From the NCBI GenBank assembly GCA_965208575.1, contig CBDBOV010000005.1, positions 1,120,001 through 1,184,000 of the forward strand: DNA of 64,000 bases, read 5' to 3'. A model generated the notes under the pieces. The model was not told the origin of the DNA. It did not search any database and worked only from the letters and a program-made list of their open reading frames with translations. Source of the DNA: Spirochaetia bacterium. Its GTDB lineage: Bacteria; Spirochaetota; Spirochaetia; SZUA-6; Bin103. Made by a program: the position numbers and the translations under genes. Positions 29,415 to 38,763 of the stretch are shown piece after piece (position 1 is the stretch's first letter; each line of letters begins with the position of its first letter).

Positions 29415-29750
29415 TCACACCGCGCCGAAGGGTGCCCCGGTCATCGCCACGCTGGTCAGCGCCACCGCGTCATCGGGCTGTCGGCGGCCGCCGGCGACCC
29501 GGTTGACCCGCACCGCGCCGCACGCCTCGCAGCGATGCACCAGTTGCCAGCCCTTGCCTCCGGCCCACTGCAAATCCACCGGCGCCATCAGTCCGCCGCA
29601 GTCGCTCGCGCGGTCTCCGGGCAGCACGTCGAGGTGCCGCGAGTACAGGCACCGGGGACAGTGGTTGCGATAGCTGCCGTCCGCCACCGGCTCCACCTCG
29701 CAGCCGCAGCGGAGGCAGCGAAAGCCGGTGTTGTGCCGTTTCTGTCCCAC
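29415..29750 (-). CDS. RNHCP domain protein
   Basis: F.C..CG, RNHCP.CL.S.H.D..PGDRA..CGG.M.P and HRC..CG. Confidence 0.9.
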   Translation of the reverse strand: MGQKRHNTGFRCLRCGCEVEPVADGSYRNHCPRCLYSRHLDVLPGDRASDCGGLMAPVDLQWAGGKGWQLVHRCEACGAVRVNRVAGGRRQPDDAVALTSVAMTGAPFGAV

Positions 29751-29758
29751 CCGGACCG

Positions 29759-30823
29759 TTACAGGGACACGAGCTCCAACTCGAATACCAGGAACGAATC
29801 GGGAGGTATCACTCCGGGCACGCCGCGACTGCCGTAGCCGAGTTCCGGCGGAATGATCACGGTGCGCTGTTCGCCCTGCACCATGTCCAGGAGCGCCTCG
29901 TTGACGCCGGCGATGAGCTGGCCGATGGTGAACTGCGCCGGGCTGCCCCGGTCGTGCGAACTGTCGAACTTGGTACCGTCGAGCAGCTTGCCCGTATAGT
30001 GCACCGTGACTGTCTGGCCCTGCTTCGGCTTCTCGGTGCCGGCGCCGCCGGCGGTGACCTGGTACCACAGGCCCGACTCCGTGGTCACCGCGTCGGGCCA
30101 GGTGGCGGCGATGATCCGTTCCGCCTCGGCGCGCTCTTCGGCCGCGGCCCGTTGCGACCGCCCCCCGACCTGCTCGAGCAGGGCGTCGAACCGTTCCTGG
30201 TCGACGCGGTACGCCTCCGCGTCGTCGCCGATGCGGAGGATCTTCACTTCTTCGATGGTGTCGCCCTGCTTCACCGCATTCACGACATCCTGTCCTTGAA
30301 CGACCCGCCCGAATACCGTGTGGCGCCCGTCGAGCCACGGCGTCGCGACGTGGGTAATGAAGAACTGGCTGCCGTTGGTGTTGGGGCCGGCGTTGGCCAT
30401 CGACAGCACGCCGGGGCCGTCGTGGGTCAGTTCGGGAACGATTTCGTCGGGAAACGAGTACCCCGGTCCGCCGCTGCCGGTGCCGTGCGGGTCGCCGCCC
30501 TGAATCATGAAGTCGGGAATGACCCGGTGGAATGCGAGGCCGTCGTAATACGGCCCGGCGTTCCGGTTCTGGAACGCTATGGTGCCCTCCGCGAGGCCGA
30601 CGAAGTTGGCCACGGTCAGGGGCGTGCGTTCATGTTCGAGCAGCAGGTAGATGGTGCCGTGGGTCGTCTTGAGGGCGGCGTACAGGCCGTCGTCGAGCTT
30701 CGGCTGCTGTTCGCCCGATGCGCACGACGTCAGGGTGACGGCAAGCACGGGCAGCAGAACCGGCAACGCGGCGAGCGGACGGCCACGCGGCAGGAGTCCG
30801 TGGAGCGGGTGTCGATTGATCAT
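29759..30823 (-). CDS. Peptidyl-prolyl cis-trans isomerase, cyclophilin-FKBP fusion, lipoprotein
   Basis: [21 protein letters not shown] and [10 protein letters not shown], then VHYTGKL.DG.KFDSS and IPPELGYG. Confidence 0.95.
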   Translation of the reverse strand: MINRHPLHGLLPRGRPLAALPVLLPVLAVTLTSCASGEQQPKLDDGLYAALKTTHGTIYLLLEHERTPLTVANFVGLAEGTIAFQNRNAGPYYDGLAFHRVIPDFMIQGGDPHGTGSGGPGYSFPDEIVPELTHDGPGVLSMANAGPNTNGSQFFITHVATPWLDGRHTVFGRVVQGQDVVNAVKQGDTIEEVKILRIGDDAEAYRVDQERFDALLEQVGGRSQRAAAEERAEAERIIAATWPDAVTTESGLWYQVTAGGAGTEKPKQGQTVTVHYTGKLLDGTKFDSSHDRGSPAQFTIGQLIAGVNEALLDMVQGEQRTVIIPPELGYGSRGVPGVIPPDSFLVFELELVSL

Positions 30824-30872
30824 GTCGGCGCAGTGTATTGCAGCTTGCGAGGCCCCGGCAACAGGATCTAAC

Positions 30873-32850
30873 CCCAAGTTTGGGGGCCCGTTCTTGTAAG
30901 TACTTTATATCACAAGAATTAGCGTGTTTGTGGGTGTAAATCGTGTCCATGTAAATCGTCCTTGTTTTCAGCGGTCTTTTTCTCTCATCTAATTGACAGT
31001 CAATCATTAAATGATTTACTCTTCCTTCCCGAAGGGTGCCCATGTACATCGACACCGTCCCCAACCGCAACTCTCCCCCAGCCGTCCTCCTCCGCGAATC
31101 CTTCCGCCAGCACGGCAAGGTCCGAAAACGCACCATCGCCAACCTCTCCAAGTGGCCCGATCACCTCGTCGATGGTTTGCGCGTCCTCCTCAACGGCGGT
31201 ATCGCTCTCCGCTCTCCCAACGAACTGCTCTCCATCTTGCGCAGCTATCCCCACGGCCACGTCGCCGCCGTCCTCGGTTCCCTCCGCAAGCTCTCCCTCC
31301 ATTCCCTCGTCGCTCGTCCCGCCTCCCGGGAGCGCGACCTGGTCGTCGCCATGATCGTCGCTCGCGTCGTCGACGCACGCTCCAAGCTCGCCACCGCTCG
31401 CGGCCTCAACCCCGAAAGCGCCGTCTCCTCCCTCGGCCACCTGCTGCAGTTGGGAGCCGTCGACGAGAATGAGCTGTACAACGCCATGGACTGGCTACTC
31501 GCTCGCCAGCACGGCATCGAAAAGCGCTTGGCCAAGCGCCATCTGCAGGACAACACGCTCATGTTGTACGACCTGACTTCCAGTTACTTCGAGGGACACA
31601 CCTGCCCGTTGGCGCGCCGCGGTCACAGCCGCGACGGCAAGCGCGGCACCTTGCAGATCGTGTTCGGCCTGCTGTGTACCGCCGCCGGCTGCCCCATCGC
31701 CGTCGAGGTCTTCGAAGGCTCCACCGGCGATCCCAAGACGGTCGCCGCTCAGGTCGACAAGATTCGCAACCGTTTCGGCTTGCAGCGCGTCGTGCTGGTC
31801 GGCGACCGCGGCATGCTCACCGGCGCGCGCATCCGCGAGGACCTGCAGGGGATCGACGGTCTGCGCTGGATCACGACCCTGCGGGCGCCCACCATCCGCA
31901 AGCTGATCAAGGCCGGTGAAGTGGCGCAGACCATGTTCGACGAGCGTGACCTGGCGGAGATCAGCTCACCCGAGTTCCCGGGCGAGCGGCTGATCGTGTG
32001 CCGCAACCCGATCCTGGCCGAGCAACGGCAGCGCAAGAGGCAGGCGTTGCTGGCCTCCACGGAGGAGGAACTGACGCCGATCGTGACGGCCACGCAGCGC
32101 GCCAAGGAGCCGCTGCGCGGCGCCGGCGCGATCGGCCTGCGGGTGGGCAAGGTGATCAACCACTACAAGGTGGGCAAGCATTTCACCACCACCATCACCG
32201 ACGACTCGTTCTCGTTCGCGCGTGATCTGGACAAGATCGCGGCCGAGGAAGAACTGGACGGGCTCTACATCGTGCGCTCCAACGTGGAGCCGGAGCTGTT
32301 CGACGCCGAGCAGACGGTGACGGCGTACAAGGACCTGGCCAAGGTGGAACGTGCGTTCCGCAGCATGAAGACGGTGGATCTGAAGGTGCGACCGATCTAT
32401 CACCGCAGCGCAGACCGGGTGCGGGCGCACGTGTTCCTGTGCATGCTGGCCTACTACGTGGAGTGGCACATGCGCAGGAAGCTGGCGCCGGTGCTGTTCG
32501 ACGACCACGATCCCGCAGCTGGCGAGCAGTTGCGCGAGTCGGTGGTGCAACCGGCGCAACGGTCACCGGCGGCACACCGGAAGGCGGCGAGCAAGCGCAC
32601 CGACGACGGTCTGCCGGTGCACAGCTTTCGCGGCCTGATGAGCGAGTTGGGGACGCTGACGGCCAACCGCGTGCGGATGGTGGACAGCGGCGCCACGTTC
32701 ACCATGCACAGCGAACCGACCGCGCTGCAGCAGCGCTGTTTCGATCTCCTGGAGGTCAGCGCCCAAGTGTAGCCAGTAACGGACATCGGCTGTTGAGCGC
32801 AATTCTCAGATCAATAACGAATTAACAAAATCCCCGCTCTGGAACTTCGG
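30873..32850 (+). mobile_element. IS1634-family insertion sequence
   Basis: Ends CCCAAGTT / AACTTCGG (imperfect inverted repeat); flanking direct repeat TCTAAC at 30867-30872 and 32851-32856. Confidence 0.88.
31036..32772 (+). CDS. IS1634-family DDE transposase
   Basis: YDLTSSYFEG, GHSRDGK, VGDRGM, VERAFR..K and RP.YH....RVRAH. Confidence 0.93.
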   Translation: MPMYIDTVPNRNSPPAVLLRESFRQHGKVRKRTIANLSKWPDHLVDGLRVLLNGGIALRSPNELLSILRSYPHGHVAAVLGSLRKLSLHSLVARPASRERDLVVAMIVARVVDARSKLATARGLNPESAVSSLGHLLQLGAVDENELYNAMDWLLARQHGIEKRLAKRHLQDNTLMLYDLTSSYFEGHTCPLARRGHSRDGKRGTLQIVFGLLCTAAGCPIAVEVFEGSTGDPKTVAAQVDKIRNRFGLQRVVLVGDRGMLTGARIREDLQGIDGLRWITTLRAPTIRKLIKAGEVAQTMFDERDLAEISSPEFPGERLIVCRNPILAEQRQRKRQALLASTEEELTPIVTATQRAKEPLRGAGAIGLRVGKVINHYKVGKHFTTTITDDSFSFARDLDKIAAEEELDGLYIVRSNVEPELFDAEQTVTAYKDLAKVERAFRSMKTVDLKVRPIYHRSADRVRAHVFLCMLAYYVEWHMRRKLAPVLFDDHDPAAGEQLRESVVQPAQRSPAAHRKAASKRTDDGLPVHSFRGLMSELGTLTANRVRMVDSGATFTMHSEPTALQQRCFDLLEVSAQV

Positions 32851-32851
32851 T

Positions 32852-33769
32852 CTAACGGTAGCGAGCGGCAAGAATTACCCACGTAAGGGTGGAAATCCCG
32901 CCGTGCGGGCCGGTGCGCAGGCCGCCGCCCTCCGGAAGCGCTGCCCCGAGCCATTCGGCCGTGCCGGTGACGTCGTCGACGCTGAAGAACGCCAGCTCCT
33001 CGCCGTCGCCGGTGAACTCGGGCGGCGGCACCGCGTGCAGCGCCAGCGGTTCCGCAAGCCGGGCTCCGAACGGGTGCAGCGCCCACATCGCCAGGGGCCG
33101 GTAGCGCGCGTCGTGCGCCGCCAACTCGTACTCCGGCCATGCGTCGGGCGGAATCCGGGCGCCGCCGATCACCGCGGAGGTCGCACCGCTGCCGCCCGGG
33201 CCGGTTGCCCGTTGCAGCGCGTCCAGGTCGACCGGACCGGAGGGAACCAGGCTCAGCCCGGCGAACTCGACCGGCGCCGTGCCCGCCCAGCCGATCGCCG
33301 TGGCGTCGTGCAACTGCACCGGCGGCAGGTCCCGGCCGGCCGCGGTCAGCTCCACCGGCAGCACCACGGAGGTGAGGGTGCGCCCCGCCACCGATCCGCC
33401 GCGCACGTCCAGGACGTAGTGCTCCACCGGCAGCGACGGGTAGAAGAACCGGCCCGAGTCGTCCGTAGTAGTGGGCCAGCAGGCGCTCGCGCACATCGCG
33501 ACCGACACTTCCGGCAGCGGAGCGCCGCCGGCGTCGGTCACCACTCCACTGAACGGCGCGTGGCCGGCCGCGGCGTTCCCGGACGCCGCGCCGTTGGCAA
33601 ACGCTGCATCGAGTCCGCCCGCCGGCTCGCTCCGACCTCTGCCGTGAGCAGTGTCGGGGGGCACGAGGAGGCCGGTGGCCAGCATGCAGATCACGGCGGC
33701 AACCGCGCCGCCCGCGCGGCGACGGCGCGGTCCGCACGTGCCGCAAACGGAACCGCGGCGCCCGGTCAC
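32852..33769 (-). CDS. Secreted protein with carboxypeptidase-regulatory-like domain
   Basis: FSGVVTD.GG.PL..V.V....C...TTD.SG.F; GTG overlaps the upstream stop codon. Confidence 0.6.
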   Translation of the reverse strand: MTGRRGSVCGTCGPRRRRAGGAVAAVICMLATGLLVPPDTAHGRGRSEPAGGLDAAFANGAASGNAAAGHAPFSGVVTDAGGAPLPEVSVAMCASACWPTTTDDSGRFFYPSLPVEHYVLDVRGGSVAGRTLTSVVLPVELTAAGRDLPPVQLHDATAIGWAGTAPVEFAGLSLVPSGPVDLDALQRATGPGGSGATSAVIGGARIPPDAWPEYELAAHDARYRPLAMWALHPFGARLAEPLALHAVPPPEFTGDGEELAFFSVDDVTGTAEWLGAALPEGGGLRTGPHGGISTLTWVILAARYR

Positions 33770-34557
33770 GGGAGCGCGGTGGCGGCAACGATGCCGAGCG
33801 TCTCCCGGCGCTGCACGTACGCCACCAGTGACCCCGCGCCGGCCGCCAGTTCCTCCGGCACGGCAATGCTGACCACGCCGGCGCTGTCTCCCGGTCCCAG
33901 GTTCACCGTGCTGAATCCGCGTACCACGTTGCGGTGGCGCAGCGTGCGCCCGGCGTTTTCGCCGCGCGGCACGTGGTTCTCCAGGTAGGACTCCAGGGCG
34001 GCGACCAGGAGCGTACAACCGGCCGGCACGCCGGCGACCTCATAGTTCACGCGGATGGCCTGCGCACCGCGGTCGACCTCCGCGAGCGCTACCCGCGGCA
34101 GCGATCCGGCGGCGGTCTCGGGACCGAGGGCGGTCAGCGCCGACGAGCGTACCAGGTGGTAGTCCTGGGCCGGACGCACGATGCTGCGCCCGTTGAGCAC
34201 CATCTGCGGCGTATAGACGCCGCTGCCGAGCACCTGTCCATAACGCCGCTGCCGCTGTGCAGCCTCGGGAATGGCATACGGGTCGGGCCAGCCGAGGTAG
34301 TCCCAGTAGTGGACGTGCCACTCGATCGGAAACACCGCCAGTCCTTCGGTGTCCTCGACCAGCCGCGCCAGCGCCTGCTCGGCGCGCGGGCAACTGTTGC
34401 AGCCCTGCGACGTAAACAGCTCCACCACCGCGAACGACGACGTTGCATTCGCGGCCGCGTCCGCAACCGGGGCGGACGACTCGGAAGACGGGCCGGCGAC
34501 CGCCGCCGCGGCCGCGGCGAAGGCCGTCCCGAGAAGTACCAGAGTGCGCACGTACAT
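33766..34557 (-). CDS. DUF1223 family secreted thioredoxin-like protein
   Basis: VVELFTSQGCNSCP, HV.YWDYLGW.DP, YTPQ and GEN.GRTL.H.NVVR. Confidence 0.92.
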   Translation of the reverse strand: MYVRTLVLLGTAFAAAAAAVAGPSSESSAPVADAAANATSSFAVVELFTSQGCNSCPRAEQALARLVEDTEGLAVFPIEWHVHYWDYLGWPDPYAIPEAAQRQRRYGQVLGSGVYTPQMVLNGRSIVRPAQDYHLVRSSALTALGPETAAGSLPRVALAEVDRGAQAIRVNYEVAGVPAGCTLLVAALESYLENHVPRGENAGRTLRHRNVVRGFSTVNLGPGDSAGVVSIAVPEELAAGAGSLVAYVQRRETLGIVAATALP

Positions 34558-34635
34558 GTACGAGAGCGTATTGGACCGGCATTGCCCCGGTCAACTTCGC
34601 GCGGCCGGTTACAGGCGAATGGTGCGGCACCGCGA

Positions 34636-35682
34636 TCAGCGATGCGGGTCGCCGTGCGCCGAGTGCGCGCTCAGCGTAATCTCGCCGCCCTGTTCGAGTT
34701 CGCGGATCGCCGTCGCCACCCGCTGCTGGGCCGCTTCGACGGCGCCGAGGCGAATGTTGCCGAGCGCCCGCATGGCGTCCTGCAGCAATGCCGCGCCGCG
34801 CTTCGACATGGCGCCGGTGACGCGCTCCACCATGTCCTGGTCGACCGCCTTCAGCGCCGTGGCGAGATCGTTGCGGCTCACTTCGCGCAACACGCGCCGC
34901 AGCGAGCCGTCGTCGAGCAGCCACAGATCCTCGAACGCGAACATCTGCTGCTTCAGCGCGTCGCTGAGCGCAGGGTCCTCGTCCCCAATGGCGTCGATAA
35001 TGGTGCGCTCGGTGGCGCGGTCGAGGTGATGCAGGATCTTCAGCACGCGTCGGTTGCCGCCCGCCACGACGTACGCGTTGTCGGTACGCTTGCGCGAGAC
35101 TCTGGCGAGACGCCGCTGCAGCACTCGCTCCACCTCGACGACAACCTCCGGAATGGTCTGCTCCAAGGTGGCAACACGGCGCGCCACGTCCGCCTGCACC
35201 GTGTAGGGCAGGCTGGCCAGCAGCGTTGCCGCGTCATCCGGCTTCAGGTAGGCAAGGACCAGCGCGATGGTCTGCGGGTGTTCGCCGCGAATGGACGCCA
35301 GCACCTGTCCACGGTCGGAACGGCGCACGAAGCCGAACGGCCGGGCGTGCAGCGCCCGCGTCACGCGCCCCACCATGGCTACCGCCCGTTCCGCGCCGAG
35401 CGTTTTTTCGAGCACGTCGCGCGCGTAGTCGAGGCCGCCGCCACGGGTCAGCATCAGTTCCTGAAACTCGGCGAGCGCGGCGTCCTGCTGAGCGGGGGCT
35501 ACCTGTCCCAACTGCGCGATCGCCAGGGAGAGCTGTTCAATCTCGTGGTCGTCCAGATGCGCGAAGATCCGCGCAGCCAGATCGGTGCCGAGCAGCACCA
35601 GAATCACCGCGGCCTTTTGCTGCCCGGTAAGGTGATCCCCGGGCGCGGCGTCCGGAGGTTCGCCGGCTCCCGCCGCCCTCAT
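34636..35682 (-). CDS. fliG: Flagellar motor switch protein FliG paralogue
   Basis: LTG.QKAA..L..LG, GG.DYA, EHPQTIAL.L, MF.FEDL and MSKR.A. Confidence 0.88.
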   Translation of the reverse strand: MRAAGAGEPPDAAPGDHLTGQQKAAVILVLLGTDLAARIFAHLDDHEIEQLSLAIAQLGQVAPAQQDAALAEFQELMLTRGGGLDYARDVLEKTLGAERAVAMVGRVTRALHARPFGFVRRSDRGQVLASIRGEHPQTIALVLAYLKPDDAATLLASLPYTVQADVARRVATLEQTIPEVVVEVERVLQRRLARVSRKRTDNAYVVAGGNRRVLKILHHLDRATERTIIDAIGDEDPALSDALKQQMFAFEDLWLLDDGSLRRVLREVSRNDLATALKAVDQDMVERVTGAMSKRGAALLQDAMRALGNIRLGAVEAAQQRVATAIRELEQGGEITLSAHSAHGDPHR

Positions 35683-35823
35683 TGCGCGCTGGCCCTCCCG
35701 TCGCCGGCGTCGTACGGAACGGCCGGCGACGGAGCGCAGCGTATTACTTTGCGGCGTGCACCGGCAACCGCCGCCGCATCGGGACGCGCCGGGTGCGCGT
35801 CGGCAACGGCGGTCAGAGGCGCT

Positions 35824-36090
35824 CTACCAGCGCGAGCGTTCCTCCCGCGGACGCGCCACTTCGACGGTAATCCGGCGGCCGTCGAGCTCGGTCTCGTTGA
35901 GGGCCTCGGAGGCGGTCTGAGCTTCCGCCGGGGTGCTCATCTCCACGAAACCGAACCCGCGCGACTCGCCGGTGTACTTGTCCGTGACGACGCGTGCCGA
36001 GTCCACCGTCCCATGTACGGCGAACACTTCCTCCAGGCGCTCATCCGTGACTTTGTAGGGAAGGCCTCCGACGAACAGCTTCTTGTTCAT
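35824..36090 (-). CDS. RRM RNA-binding protein
   Basis: RNP2 LFVGGL and RNP1 RGFGFVEM. Confidence 0.95.
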   Translation of the reverse strand: MNKKLFVGGLPYKVTDERLEEVFAVHGTVDSARVVTDKYTGESRGFGFVEMSTPAEAQTASEALNETELDGRRITVEVARPREERSRW

Positions 36091-36267
36091 GTTCTATCTC
36101 CTGCAGAACCTCGTTCTCCTCCACCGGTCAGCCGCGACTACGGGGGCAGTCAGTCTTGAACGGCGGCGATACAACGAAAGTCGACCAAACAGGGAAACTG
36201 CGTCCGTGCCCGCAGCGGGCGCGCGATTAGTGCGGTGGGAGGGAAGTGAAGTAGTCTTGCGTCCCGA

Positions 36268-36297
36268 AGTGTATAGCTATCGGTGCGCGCGGGTCAA
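36268..36297 (-). promoter_or_regulatory. Putative sigma70 promoter of the RRM gene
   Basis: TTGACC-N18-TACACT; implies a ~170-nt 5' UTR. Confidence 0.45.
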
Positions 36298-36424
36298 ACG
36301 TGTCACGAGCGCGGCATACGAATCGGCAATCGAGGCGAAGCTGCATGCCGGTATTGACTGTTCACGGCGTTACGATGCAATCTGTGCGACGCAACGAGAG
36401 TCGCGTGCGCCTGACGCGGCGAAC

Positions 36425-36498
36425 GGGCGGTTAGCTCAGTTGGCTAGAGCACTAGCTCGACACGCTAGGGGTCACTGGTTCGAGTCCAGTACCGCCCA
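36425..36498 (+). tRNA. tRNA-Val(GAC)
   Basis: Acceptor stem GGGCGGT/ACCGCCC, D-arm, anticodon stem CTAGC/GCTAG with GAC, and GTTCGAG T-loop; CCA not encoded. Confidence 0.96.
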
Positions 36499-36520
36499 TG
36501 CCCTGTGCCCACGCGTTGCA

Positions 36521-36651
36521 CGTGACCCTGCGCCGGACGAGGGTAAGGAACGGTGCGCGGTCCGCGGCGGTCCGGCGGGTCGATACCGGGGCAGTCGATA
36601 CCGGGGTATCGGTGTTCAACCTTTTCACGTCACGGAGTGATCGAGCAGACA
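36521..36651 (-). repeat. Dispersed repeat, copy C (contains a 15-bp internal duplication)
   Basis: Palindrome variant CGATACC-gg-GGTATCG at 36596-36611; GTCACGGAG core. Confidence 0.7.
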
Positions 36652-36652
36652 C

Positions 36653-37447
36653 ATGACGGAATCGCAACACCCCGGCAGTCGTCCGCGTCATCGCGGAGCC
36701 CCGCCCAAGCTGTCCAAGGAAGCCATCAACGAGCTTCCCGCCGGCAGCTTTCCGGGCCGTATCGAGGTGGTCGAGGGAACAGGGGCGGCGTCCGCCGCCT
36801 GCGACGCCTTGCGCACCGGTGCAGCGCACGGCGACACGGCAGTGCTCGGTTTCGACACCGAGTCGCGGCCCGCGTTCCGGCGCGGCGAACGCCATCCCAT
36901 CGCACTGGTACAGCTTGCCAACGCCGACCTGGCGTGCCTGTTCCGCATCGATCCCCGGCTCGGTCCGCCGCCGGCGTTGCACGAGTTGCTGGCCAGCCGC
37001 GACGTGGTCAAGGTGGCGCAGGGGCCCGCGGACGAGGTGCGCGAACTGCGCGACCGCTGGCAGGTGGAGGCGCGCCGGGTGGTGGACCTGGTCCCGATCG
37101 CGCGTGCGGCCGGTTGCAGCCCGCTGAGCCTGCGCGCCCTGGCCGCCGCCTACCTCTCGATTCGCATCGCCAAGGGCGCGCAGACCTCCAACTGGGCGGC
37201 GCCGCGGCTCAGCGAGCGGCAGCGCCGTTATGCCGCCACCGATGCGTGGGCGTGCCGGGAGATATTCATTGCCATGGGTTCGCCGCCGGCTGCCGAGTTG
37301 CGCCTGGACGCCGCAACGCCGGCCGACCAGGGCGCACGACGGCGTCGCTCCCGGCGGCGTTCGGTATCGCGGCCGGGAGCGGAGCGCCGGGACGCCGCAC
37401 GATCCGGTTCGGGGCGCGCCCCCGCGGCGCGTACAAAGGGGGTGTAA
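36653..37447 (+). CDS. 3'-5' exonuclease (DEDDy, WRN/RNase D-like)
   Basis: LGFDTE, LVQLA, SNW....LS..Q..YAATDAW. Confidence 0.92.
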   Translation: MTESQHPGSRPRHRGAPPKLSKEAINELPAGSFPGRIEVVEGTGAASAACDALRTGAAHGDTAVLGFDTESRPAFRRGERHPIALVQLANADLACLFRIDPRLGPPPALHELLASRDVVKVAQGPADEVRELRDRWQVEARRVVDLVPIARAAGCSPLSLRALAAAYLSIRIAKGAQTSNWAAPRLSERQRRYAATDAWACREIFIAMGSPPAAELRLDAATPADQGARRRRSRRRSVSRPGAERRDAARSGSGRAPAARTKGV

Positions 37448-37449
37448 CG

Positions 37450-38133
37450 ATGGTGCCATTTTCGGAGACCGCGGGCAGCGCACGGCGCCCGCGGGCGCGG
37501 CAGGCGGGGCGCGCAACAGCGCCGCGGCGCCGCGCGAAGGCACTCGCCGCGGCGGTCTGCATGCTCGGGCTCGCGTCTTGCATCAGTATCGAGTCGCGAT
37601 TCACGTTCGATGCCGACGGCAGCGGCGAACTGCAGCTTCGCTACCTGCTGGACGACGCGCTCGCGCGGCTTGGCGTCGCGGCCGATTCCGAGGCGCTGGC
37701 GCTGCCGCTGAGCGAGCAGGAGTTTCGGGCGGCGGCCGCGGCGATCGAAGGTCTGGACCTGGTCAGCTATCGGCGCGCCGATCAGAGCGACCAGGCGGAG
37801 GTGGTAGCGGTGCTGCGGTTCGACCGGGTGGAACGCGTGGCCGAGTTGGCAAGCTTCGCCCCGCTGCATCCGCGCCTGCAAGGCGACGACCCCGCGGTGT
37901 TCGAGTTGGCGGTCAGCCCCGGCGGCGACCAGCCTCTCGATGAGGCGACCGTGCGCTTTCTGGGCACGTTGCTCGGCAGTCACACGGTCAGCTTCGTGGT
38001 AGTGGCGCCGCGGCCGGTCCGGGACGCCGGCGCGGGCACGCTGGCGGAGGACGGCAGCAGCGCAACGCTGTCGATCCCGCTGGCCGACTACGCCGCGGCC
38101 GTCGAGCCGAGGATGCTCCGCGTAAGCTGGTAA
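37450..38133 (+). CDS. Hypothetical lipoprotein
   Basis: Lipobox LASC followed by I..........DGSG; operonic with the exonuclease. Confidence 0.65.
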   Translation: MVPFSETAGSARRPRARQAGRATAPRRRAKALAAAVCMLGLASCISIESRFTFDADGSGELQLRYLLDDALARLGVAADSEALALPLSEQEFRAAAAAIEGLDLVSYRRADQSDQAEVVAVLRFDRVERVAELASFAPLHPRLQGDDPAVFELAVSPGGDQPLDEATVRFLGTLLGSHTVSFVVVAPRPVRDAGAGTLAEDGSSATLSIPLADYAAAVEPRMLRVSW

Positions 38134-38194
38134 ACGCGCGCCCCGCGCCGCGTTGCGGACGGCCGCGCAGGCCGGCTCGGGCGTGCGATTTTCG

Positions 38195-38223
38195 TTGACA
38201 CGAAAGAGCGCAATTGGCATAGT
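38195..38223 (+). promoter_or_regulatory. Sigma70 promoter of the V/A-ATPase operon
   Basis: TTGACA-N17-CATAGT. Confidence 0.7.
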
Positions 38224-38318
38224 TACGGCAATCCCACGAGATTCTTCGCAGCGGTGCACCACCGACCCTCGCCGGTCTTCCGTGCCCGGCTTGCAAGGGA
38301 CTGGTGGCCGCTCGCGGG

Positions 38319-38394
38319 CGGTGCCCGATCTCACCCGGCATGCGAAGGGGCTTCACCGGGTCAGTAAACGGAGCATGCCGCCGCGCGGGCACCG
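38319..38394 (+). promoter_or_regulatory. Structured 5' leader (candidate cis-regulatory RNA)
   Basis: Nested stems CGGTGCCCG/CGGGCACCG and CGGCATGC/GCATGCCG enclosing two small hairpins, immediately before the SD. Confidence 0.45.
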
Positions 38395-38406
38395 AACGGG
38401 GAGGGA

Positions 38407-38727
38407 GTGACACCGCTCATGGATGTCCTCAAGGATGTGAAGAACGCCGAAGCCGAGGCCGAGCGTATCGAGGAGCAGTACCGCTCCCGCGCCGCCGATC
38501 TGGTGGCCCGCTGTGCCACCGATCTGGGCAGCGAACGCAAGCGGCGCGTCGGTGCGATAGAAGAGGAGTTGCGGCACTACCGCGACGAACTACGCCGCGA
38601 CCTCGCCGCCGGGCGCACCCGGGTGCACGAACAGGGTGCGCGTGAACTGGCGCAGCTTGAACGCCGCGCGAGCGCCAACCGGGAAGGCGCGGTCGCCGCG
38701 CTGCTCGATGATCTGAACAAGCGCTAG
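38407..38727 (+). CDS. V/A-type ATP synthase subunit G/H (peripheral stalk)
   Basis: ~100-aa charged helical protein (VKNAEAEAE) heading the operon. Confidence 0.75.
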   Translation: MTPLMDVLKDVKNAEAEAERIEEQYRSRAADLVARCATDLGSERKRRVGAIEEELRHYRDELRRDLAAGRTRVHEQGARELAQLERRASANREGAVAALLDDLNKR

Positions 38728-38763
38728 CGTATCCCGCCGCCGCGTCACCGCCGCTGATCGTAG

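Noticed and set aside
29415-30338. 307-aa ORF suggesting a long RNHCP fusion
   Set aside because: The 5' part is an alternative frame of the PPIase gene; the real gene starts near 29750
32780-32800. CATCGGCTGTTGAGCG in the IS1634 right end resembling repeat copy D
   Set aside because: Only ~15 bp match to one copy and the flanks do not align; likely chance
36425-36660. tRNA-Val as an island integration site
   Set aside because: No integrase nearby and no duplicated tRNA 3' end found in the window
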